Source: Pseudomonadota bacterium (lineage in GTDB: Bacteria; Bdellovibrionota; FAC87; UBA2466). Taken from it: a DNA stretch of 24,714 bases. Positions 16,261 through 22,747 of the stretch are shown here, piece after piece. Under the pieces are notes generated by a model. The model had not been told where the DNA came from. It worked only from the letters and a program-made list of their open reading frames with translations, and did not search any database. The stretch is from the NCBI GenBank assembly GCA_043767805.1, contig JAYUGC010000149.1:1-24714 (forward strand), given 5' to 3'. The position numbers were made by a program, and so were the translations under genes. Numbering within the stretch: the stretch's first letter is position 1; each line of letters starts with the position of its first letter.

Positions 16261-17085
16261 ATGGAAAAGCTCATCCTCACCGCCGCCATCACGGGCGCCG
16301 AGTTAGACAAATCGAGGTGTCCCGCGTTACCGATCACGCCCGCCGAACAAGCGGCCGCGTCGAAAGCGTGTGTCGCAGCGGGCGCATCCGTCATCCACCT
16401 GCACGTGCGAGACGCCAAGGGCCAGCCTAGCCAGAGCCTGGAAGATTTTCGTAACTCGGTGGAGGCCATTCGCGCGGCTTGTCCTGTGAAGCCCATCATT
16501 CAATTCTCGACCGGGGGCGCCGTGGGCGAAGCGATGGAAAAGCGCCTTGCTCCGCTGACTCTGACACCCACGATGGCGTCTTTCAATTTGGGCACCATCA
16601 ACTTTGGCGAAGAAGTCTTCGTGAACACGTTCGCCGAAATGCGCGCGCTCGCCAAAGCGCTCGATCAAAACGGCGTCACACCGGAGTTTGAGATCTACGA
16701 TTTGGGCCATCTCGATAATTTGAAAAAACTGATCAAGGAAGGCGTCGTGCGCGCGCCTTATCATTGTCAGTTCGTACTCGGCGTTCCCGGCGCTCTCTCG
16801 GGAGACATCAATGCACTCACTGCTTTGGTTGATAGACTTCCACCGGATTCCCTTTGGGGCGTCGCCGGCATCGGTCGTTTTGAATTGCCTCTCGCCGTGC
16901 ACGCCATCGTCATGGGCGGGCATGTCCGCGTGGGCCTCGAAGATAACGTGAGCTACTCGAAGGGTGTGCCCGCGACGAGCAACGCGCAGCTGGTGGAGCG
17001 CATCGTACGCATCGCAAAGGAAGTCGGCCGCGAGGTCGCCTCACCCGATGAGGCGCGAAAAATTCTCGGCACCAAGAATCCCTAG
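16261..17085 (+). CDS. kce: 3-keto-5-aminohexanoate cleavage enzyme (BKACE/DUF849)
   Basis: KLILTAAITGAE, P.LPITP.E, metal-binding HLHVR, QFSTGG, GTINFG, PEFEIYD.GH, GGHVRVGLEDN, SNAQLVER. Confidence 0.92.
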   Translation: MEKLILTAAITGAELDKSRCPALPITPAEQAAASKACVAAGASVIHLHVRDAKGQPSQSLEDFRNSVEAIRAACPVKPIIQFSTGGAVGEAMEKRLAPLTLTPTMASFNLGTINFGEEVFVNTFAEMRALAKALDQNGVTPEFEIYDLGHLDNLKKLIKEGVVRAPYHCQFVLGVPGALSGDINALTALVDRLPPDSLWGVAGIGRFELPLAVHAIVMGGHVRVGLEDNVSYSKGVPATSNAQLVERIVRIAKEVGREVASPDEARKILGTKNP

Positions 17086-17088
17086 CTC

Positions 17089-17763
17089 CTACTGCTTTTG
17101 GGCCGCGGGTGAGGACGAGCGAAGGAAGCCCGGTTGGTTATAGACGAGCCCTACCACTACCGAGGTCACGTTCGAGACGTACCGCGTGCTCGCCCCCGAG
17201 ACTTGAAAGCGGGCGATGTTGGTTAGTCCGCGAGACGTTCGGCCCATGAGGAAAAGCTCCCACTGGTTGTCCAAGTGGTATCCAAGTCCGGCCCCTGCTT
17301 GAAAAGAAACATCCACCTTAGCGATCGAGGCTGAGTCGATGACACGAATGCTGCCGTCGGCGGTAACCGTATCCCCCGACGTCAAATACCCCACGCCCAA
17401 TCCAACGGGAAAAAACAACTGAAAGGCTTCGCCCGAAAACCTCCCCTCGAGAAGCAGCGGGAGCTCGAAGTAATTGAGCCGAGTCACGGTGCCCGCCGCA
17501 TTCCGGCTTCCCTTTTGGACGAAAGCGATTTCCGGACGGAAGTAGAGCCAGTCACTCAAGGTAATCTGCGAAAAGATTCCCGCCTGGATCGCCGTTTTTG
17601 CGCGCCGAGCTTCGGCGGTGCCCGCGACAGAGTAAGCCGCACTGGACAGCGTAGGCCCGAAATAAAAGCCGAGCGGAATGGGAATATCCAAAGAGTCGTC
17701 GCCGAACGCGGGCCGCGCGAGACCGAGCAGCAATAGAAAGAAGATCGATTTTCTCAAACTCAC
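17089..17763 (-). CDS. Outer-membrane beta-barrel (PorT/OMP_b-brl_2-like porin family)
   Basis: Signal peptide, YFRPEIAFVQKG, RLNYFELPLLL, G.G.GYL, DVSFQAGAGLGY and RGLTNI alternating strands. Confidence 0.75.
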   Translation of the reverse strand: MSLRKSIFFLLLLGLARPAFGDDSLDIPIPLGFYFGPTLSSAAYSVAGTAEARRAKTAIQAGIFSQITLSDWLYFRPEIAFVQKGSRNAAGTVTRLNYFELPLLLEGRFSGEAFQLFFPVGLGVGYLTSGDTVTADGSIRVIDSASIAKVDVSFQAGAGLGYHLDNQWELFLMGRTSRGLTNIARFQVSGASTRYVSNVTSVVVGLVYNQPGFLRSSSPAAQKQ

Positions 17764-17777
17764 TATAATTTAACTTA
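17764..17777. promoter_or_regulatory. Bidirectional overlapping -10 elements
   Basis: Plus strand TATAAT(17764-17769)-N7-ATG 17777. Minus strand TAAGTT(17777-17772)-N8-GTG 17763. The gap is only 13 bp and has no RBS. Confidence 0.55.
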
Positions 17778-18199
17778 TGAAACGGCTCGTGGCTCTACTA
17801 TTGGTGCTCTCCTTCACCGCCGGCTGCAGCAGGACCCGGGAGGTGGCAGAAATACTTAACTCGGGCGCGCACTATCTCGTTCTGGGCGAGATGGCCCTCA
17901 AAATACCCAACGATCTGCAAAGCGGGGCCTGCCACAATAAGATCGGCGAAAGTACGCTGAGCTATACGGGCTCCACGGGAGTGATGAACGCCGCGGTCGA
18001 TCTCGAGGACGGCAGCAAGCTCACCTGCACGTTAAAAGTCGCTTATACGATTAGCTCGGAGGGCACTTCACTTCTCGGAGCGGGCAATATTTTCAGCTGC
18101 GACGCTTTCAACTGCTCCCTCGGCGCTCAAATCATCGACTGCGAGGAGCTAAAGAAAGCCATGCACGATTACACCTGCTCGACAACTGCCGAGTTCTAA
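17777..18199 (+). CDS. Hypothetical Cys-rich lipoprotein (140 aa)
   Basis: MKRLVALLLVLSFTAG-C lipobox, plus six further Cys. Confidence 0.8.
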   Translation: MKRLVALLLVLSFTAGCSRTREVAEILNSGAHYLVLGEMALKIPNDLQSGACHNKIGESTLSYTGSTGVMNAAVDLEDGSKLTCTLKVAYTISSEGTSLLGAGNIFSCDAFNCSLGAQIIDCEELKKAMHDYTCSTTAEF

Positions 18200-18573
18200 G
18201 TGCGAGCGGCTTCGACGAAGCGCAGCCGCAGTTCCGCGAGAAGATTGTCCAAGAGCTGGGCTTCTTCCGTCGACAGATTGCCCTTCGTCTTTTTCTGCAG
18301 CATCTCGAGGATGTCGATGTTCTGCTTGGCGAGCGGCAGATTGCGCTCGGTCTTCTGAGTGACCGGATCGGCGGCAAGACCTAAGTGAATGAAAGCGCCG
18401 GTCGCTAGCGAAAAAGCCAAAGTCGAGAAATCGATTTCGTCAGGACTGGGCTCAGTCTCCTTGGAATCCTTCATGGAGAAGCCAGCGCCTTCTTTCGGCT
18501 TAGGCTCGTCTTTCGCGCCCGAGGAGCTGCGGCGATCGATTACTTTAAATCCATCCTTCTCTTCAGGGCTCAT
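18196..18573 (-). CDS. DUF1844 domain protein
   Basis: GFKVIDRR N-terminus; IDFSTLAFSLAT.AFIHLG..DP.T.....NLPLAKQNIDILEMLQKKTKGNLS.EE..LL..LLAELRLRFV. AGGAGG RBS. Confidence 0.92.
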   Translation of the reverse strand: MSPEEKDGFKVIDRRSSSGAKDEPKPKEGAGFSMKDSKETEPSPDEIDFSTLAFSLATGAFIHLGLAADPVTQKTERNLPLAKQNIDILEMLQKKTKGNLSTEEAQLLDNLLAELRLRFVEAART

Positions 18574-18585
18574 ACGATCCTCCTA

Positions 18586-19233
18586 TTAGGCCGGGGTAGG
18601 CGCCGGAGCGGGAGCGGGAGCCGCCACTGGCGCGACTTTTTTCGCGGCCTTTGCGTTAGCCGCGGCTTCTAGAGTCTTCAACTTCTTACGCCGCTCGACA
18701 AGCTCCGAAAAATCGAGGCTCATGACGGGCGCGGCATCGGGACTCGAAATCACTTCCTGCACGGGCGGAATCTTCGACGTATCGTGCTTCGGCGCCTTGT
18801 AAAGCTTGCGGAACGATTTCAGGGTCAAATCTTTCGAAAGCGAGAACTCTTCCGTGGAGCGGGCCTCGACCATGACGATGGCTTTCGCCTTGGGGTCGGC
18901 AATGAGCTTCAAGAAATTATCGGGAAGCTGGAAGACCTGGCTGAAAGAGCCCTGCTGAGGGTTCTCGTGGGAATAGGTGAAGGTCATTTCCTTCTCGCTC
19001 CACTCCGGAGACACGACCCAGAAACGGAACCGGTACATTTTTACGTCGAAAGTAGCCGGGTCCCACGTCACGAAAGCGCCGATCGTTGCGTTTCCTCCAG
19101 TAGAGAACAAACCGAACTTGGGCTGACCTTTGGTGGCTTTTCCTTGGATGAAGAGCACGACCAAACCGAAAATGGCGCCCAGAAAGGCCACCGTTGCGAG
19201 CACGCCACCAAATAATGTCAACCAGACCGGCAT
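18586..19233 (-). CDS. Hypothetical membrane-anchored protein (215 aa)
   Basis: N-terminal TM helix, beta-rich middle, Pro/Ala-rich tail (APAPAPAPTPA). AAAGGT RBS. Strong codon bias; 12 bp upstream of DUF1844. Confidence 0.8.
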   Translation of the reverse strand: MPVWLTLFGGVLATVAFLGAIFGLVVLFIQGKATKGQPKFGLFSTGGNATIGAFVTWDPATFDVKMYRFRFWVVSPEWSEKEMTFTYSHENPQQGSFSQVFQLPDNFLKLIADPKAKAIVMVEARSTEEFSLSKDLTLKSFRKLYKAPKHDTSKIPPVQEVISSPDAAPVMSLDFSELVERRKKLKTLEAAANAKAAKKVAPVAAPAPAPAPTPA

Positions 19234-19414
19234 CTTAACCTTTCTCTACTCGCCGCCTTCCCCGCGCCCAGGGGCTGAAGGAAGGGCTTGAATATGCTGC
19301 AAAATCCCCAGATTTTTACCGTAGGCTCACCCCTTTGTCGAGATCTGGGATCGCGCCCTTGATTGGGCTCTGCCTTTCTTGATACAAAGCGCCATTCTGA
19401 ACCGGAGAAAACCC

Positions 19415-20065
19415 ATGAATTGGATGAAAGTTTCGGCCCTCGTCCTTTTGGCGACTGCGACCCTGGCTCAAGGCGCTACTGAAGCGCCCCTCGATCCGAT
19501 CGCCGAGACGGTTACGGTCAGCCACCCCCCGGTGTCGCCGCTCTCCTTCGGGCTCGATTTGAAATATCGCCCCGTTCAGTTCCCGGGCCTTTCCGCGGCT
19601 CACGGCCACGGCGGCCAGCTCGCCCTCGAGTACCTGCCGGCCGCTCCTTACAAAAGGTACGTGGGCAAACCCGCAATCGGCCTCAGCGTTGGCTTCGGCA
19701 AGATTCCCAACATCGGCTCGGCCGTTTCGTTCACGACGATGCCCGTGTCGGCTTACCTGGCCTACCGGCTAGACATTCTGGACAACCAGATTCTCGTTCC
19801 GTTCGGAAAGATTGCCCGCTCCGTCACCCTCGAGCACCGGAGCAACGGAAACAACTCCCGCTATCAGAGCTGGGACTACTCCCTGGGTGGCGAGCTTTGT
19901 CTGAACTCTCTCGATAAACGCTCGGCCAAGTACCTCGACATGGACGTGGGCATCAACAACACCTACCTCATCGTCGAATGGGTGAAATCGACGCCGGTAG
20001 ACGGCTACGTCCAAGACAATCTCGCCCACGAAGAATGGCAAATCGGCCTTCGCTTCGAAATGTGA
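19415..20065 (+). CDS. Outer-membrane beta-barrel, MXAN_2562-family-like
   Basis: GGAG RBS and signal peptide (..ATLAQG/A). YRLD......LVPFGK and L.L..LD..SA..LD.D.GINNTYL..EW, with C-terminal beta-signal WQIGLRFEM. Confidence 0.7.
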   Translation: MNWMKVSALVLLATATLAQGATEAPLDPIAETVTVSHPPVSPLSFGLDLKYRPVQFPGLSAAHGHGGQLALEYLPAAPYKRYVGKPAIGLSVGFGKIPNIGSAVSFTTMPVSAYLAYRLDILDNQILVPFGKIARSVTLEHRSNGNNSRYQSWDYSLGGELCLNSLDKRSAKYLDMDVGINNTYLIVEWVKSTPVDGYVQDNLAHEEWQIGLRFEM

Positions 20066-20075
20066 GCTTAGAGGG

Positions 20076-20324
20076 CTAGAGGCCGGAGAGCGGATTGCCG
20101 CGCAAGTTGTTCAAGATGAACAAGATACCGGCAATGAAGAACAGGACGGCGATGACGAAGTTCAAGCCGTTGCTGACGCCGTGAAGCTTTGCCTTGGGAT
20201 CGGCTTTGCGGCGGGCAATGACCCCCATCACCGTCTTATAGACGATGAGTGGGCCCGAAATCACGAGGGCCACGCCGACTAAAATCAAAACGATGTTGCC
20301 GGTCTCGATGGGATACTTGGTCAT
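20076..20324 (-). CDS. Small two-TM membrane protein (82 aa)
   Basis: Two hydrophobic helices (IVLILVGVALVISGPLIVY; FVIAVLFFIAGILFIL) flanking a basic loop. ATG 20324 sits directly behind a promoter. Confidence 0.75.
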   Translation of the reverse strand: MTKYPIETGNIVLILVGVALVISGPLIVYKTVMGVIARRKADPKAKLHGVSNGLNFVIAVLFFIAGILFILNNLRGNPLSGL

Positions 20325-20332
20325 CGCCGGTA

Positions 20333-20383
20333 ATCCTACAAAGGCCCCCTTCTTTTGTCGAGCCAGTCCTAGCAAGGTACAAT
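20333..20383. promoter_or_regulatory. Back-to-back sigma70 promoters sharing the -35 region
   Basis: Plus: TTGTCG(20355-20360)-N17-TACAAT(20378-20383)-N8-ATG 20392. Minus: TCGACA(20361-20356)-N17-TAGGAT(20338-20333)-N8-ATG 20324. Confidence 0.7.
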
Positions 20384-20391
20384 CCACCCCA

Positions 20392-21579
20392 ATGACCCAA
20401 GGACGGCTCCTCATTTTCGATACCCACCCCATCGCGTACCGATCCCCGGTATTTCGGGCTCTTCACGAGTCCCACGGCAATATGAAGGTCTACTTTCTGA
20501 GCTCTGGCTTCGACGGCGGACGCTGGTGGTTTCACGAGACGGGAAAGACCGCCCCTCAGACCCAGAACCCGAAGCTGACCGAAGGTTTTCCCAACGAGAC
20601 GCTCGGAACGGAGAAGCTCGGCGTGGGGGGGACGCTCAAAGCGCTCCACCTTATTTTAAAGAACGAGCGGCCGGCGGCGGTTCTGATTTACGGGTACTAC
20701 CTGCCCGATCATTGGACCTTGAGGTGGCTCACCGCCCGAATGGGGATTCCGCTCCTTTTCGTTGGAGAGACCTTTGCGGCCACCAATGGGCGAGCCAGGA
20801 AACTGCTTCGCGCGCCGCTCAGAAAATACTTTTTCCGAGGTGTGTCTCGCTTCGTGGCGATTGGGGACCGAACGGCCGCCTTGTACGACTCCTTGGGAGT
20901 TCCCGCGGAACGAGTCGATCGGGCGAAGTATTGCGCGGACGTTTCCTTTTTTGAGAGATCGGAAGCTGAGGCGCGCGAACGGCGCGCGAAGTGGCGGCGA
21001 TCCTGGTCCTTGGGCGAGGAGGCCTTCGTCCTTCTCTTCGTCGGCCGCCTCTTCGAGCGTAAGCGTCCTCTGGACGCCGTCGCGCTTCACAAACTTCTCT
21101 TAACGATGAAAAGCGTACATACCTTTATCGTCGGTAGCGGCAATCTGGAAACGGCGGTACGGAAAGCCGCGGACGGAGTCTCACGGCTAGAGGTGCTGGG
21201 CTTCAAGAATCGTGACGAGCTACTCGATCTGTATCACGGCGCCGACCTACTGATAGTTCCTTCGGAATTTGAAACCTGGGGACTCGTCGTCAACGAAGCT
21301 TTTGCCGCGGGAACTCCCGCTCTCGTCACGAGCCAATGCGGGGTCGCGGGAGATCTGGTGATTCCCGGCAAAACGGGATTCATTTTTCCGGTGGGCGCGC
21401 TCGCCGAAGCGGCACGGCTCGTGCGCGCGGCGCTCAAAGATCGCAAGCGATTTGAAAAGGTCGCCGCGGCGGCCCGCCAAAAAGCGGGAACCGAGTACAG
21501 AGCCGACCAGTTCGCGGAAGTCTTGAAGCAATCCTCCCAGCGGGCCGCGGAGTCAGGCGGCGGGCAGCTTCAAAGCTAA
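20392..21579 (+). CDS. Glycosyltransferase family 4 (GT-B)
   Basis: THPIAYRSPVFR, LFVGRLFERKRP, LGFKN..EL..LYHGADLLIVPSEFETWGLVVNEA (EX7E), DLV.PG.TG. Confidence 0.92.
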   Translation: MTQGRLLIFDTHPIAYRSPVFRALHESHGNMKVYFLSSGFDGGRWWFHETGKTAPQTQNPKLTEGFPNETLGTEKLGVGGTLKALHLILKNERPAAVLIYGYYLPDHWTLRWLTARMGIPLLFVGETFAATNGRARKLLRAPLRKYFFRGVSRFVAIGDRTAALYDSLGVPAERVDRAKYCADVSFFERSEAEARERRAKWRRSWSLGEEAFVLLFVGRLFERKRPLDAVALHKLLLTMKSVHTFIVGSGNLETAVRKAADGVSRLEVLGFKNRDELLDLYHGADLLIVPSEFETWGLVVNEAFAAGTPALVTSQCGVAGDLVIPGKTGFIFPVGALAEAARLVRAALKDRKRFEKVAAAARQKAGTEYRADQFAEVLKQSSQRAAESGGGQLQS

Positions 21580-22665
21580 GCGCGCTTTTCCGGCGGGGGC
21601 GTCTTCCCGCACGACGGTGCCGCCGTGAAGCTCGACGACGGTGCGGCAGATGGCCAGCGCCAAACCGAGGTTTTTCTCGTGGCGCATGGGCTCGGAGCCG
21701 GTCTCCAAAGCATCCATGGCTTCCGGAGAAATCGGATCTCCCTCGCGGGTGAGGCGGAACATCACCCACTCGCCCTGTTTCACGACTTCGAGCTGAATCT
21801 CTTTGCCCTTCGGAGATCGGGCGATGGCGTCCTTTAAAAAATATTTCAGGCCGTCTTGAAGTTTCTGGGCGTCGGCGTTCACGGTGAGGCCCCGGCCGAC
21901 GGTCCCCTTGAAGCTCACCTGACGGGCGGTCCGCTCGGCTTCGAGTTCTTTTAAGATCTGCATCGTCGCCTTCTCCAGCTCGACCGGGCTCAACGTGAGA
22001 CGAGTATCGGACTCCATGCGCACGAAGGTCAGCACTTCGGAGACTATTTCCCCAAAACGATCGGCGGCGCGAGAGACGGAAGTTACCGCCGTTTGTAAGT
22101 CGGGCGTGAGCGTGCTTTTCGAGTCCACGATCATGGACACGAAAGAAGTGAGCACGGTGAGAGGCGTGTTCAGCTCGTGAGAGACTAAAGACAAAAACCG
22201 AGCCTTCGCGCGATCGAGCACCGTGAGCTCGCGCAACGCGCGTTTCAGCTCTTCGTTACCTTTCGCGAGCGCCACGTTTTTGAGCTCGATCTCGTGCTTT
22301 AAAAGAAAGGCCTCGTTCGCCTGCCGGAGGGTGAGCTTTAAATCCTCGGGGTCCCAGGGTTTCGCGACATAGCGATAAATATTGCCGCGGTTGATGGCAC
22401 CGATGACCGACTCGATGTCCGTATAGCCGGTTAAGAGAATCCGGGTAGTCAGCGGGCAAACGTCCTTGGCCTTTTCGAGAAACTCGACCCCGGTCATCTC
22501 GGGCATGCGCTGATCGGACACGATCACGTGAAACGGCGTACGGGTGATGAGCTTCAGGGCCTCGAGGGGTGACTCGCAAGTGGTGATCTGATAATCGCTG
22601 CGTAGAAGGCGCTTAAGCGCCTCCAGATTGTCTTTTTCGTCATCGACAATGAGGACGGGATCCAT
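21553..22665 (-). CDS. Hybrid response regulator-histidine kinase (REC-coiled coil-HisKA-degenerate HATPase), 370 aa
   Basis: REC: VLIVDDE, VIVSDQRMPEMTG, LLTG, AKPW. H-box FLSLVSHELNTPLT. HATPase fold remnants LGLALAIC..VVELHGG. Confidence 0.9.
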   Translation of the reverse strand: MDPVLIVDDEKDNLEALKRLLRSDYQITTCESPLEALKLITRTPFHVIVSDQRMPEMTGVEFLEKAKDVCPLTTRILLTGYTDIESVIGAINRGNIYRYVAKPWDPEDLKLTLRQANEAFLLKHEIELKNVALAKGNEELKRALRELTVLDRAKARFLSLVSHELNTPLTVLTSFVSMIVDSKSTLTPDLQTAVTSVSRAADRFGEIVSEVLTFVRMESDTRLTLSPVELEKATMQILKELEAERTARQVSFKGTVGRGLTVNADAQKLQDGLKYFLKDAIARSPKGKEIQLEVVKQGEWVMFRLTREGDPISPEAMDALETGSEPMRHEKNLGLALAICRTVVELHGGTVVREDAPAGKARLALKLPAA

Positions 22666-22747
22666 AGTTAAGAGGGGGTTGCGGGCTATTGGCTGACCGA
22701 CTGTCCCAATGATATGTGTTCCCCTTCCCGTATTCAAGGAGCGCCCC

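Noticed and set aside
17768..17795. ATTTAACTTAT resembling a XerD arm of dif
   Set aside because: No XerC arm at the 6-bp spacing; better explained as overlapping -10 elements.
18589..18632. GGAGCG tandem hexamers
   Set aside because: They simply encode the Pro-Ala tail of the 18586-19233 protein.
20245..20432. Upstream extensions of GT4 (20245) and the small membrane protein (20432)
   Set aside because: They would overlap head-to-head; promoter geometry and domain starts support 20392 and 20324.
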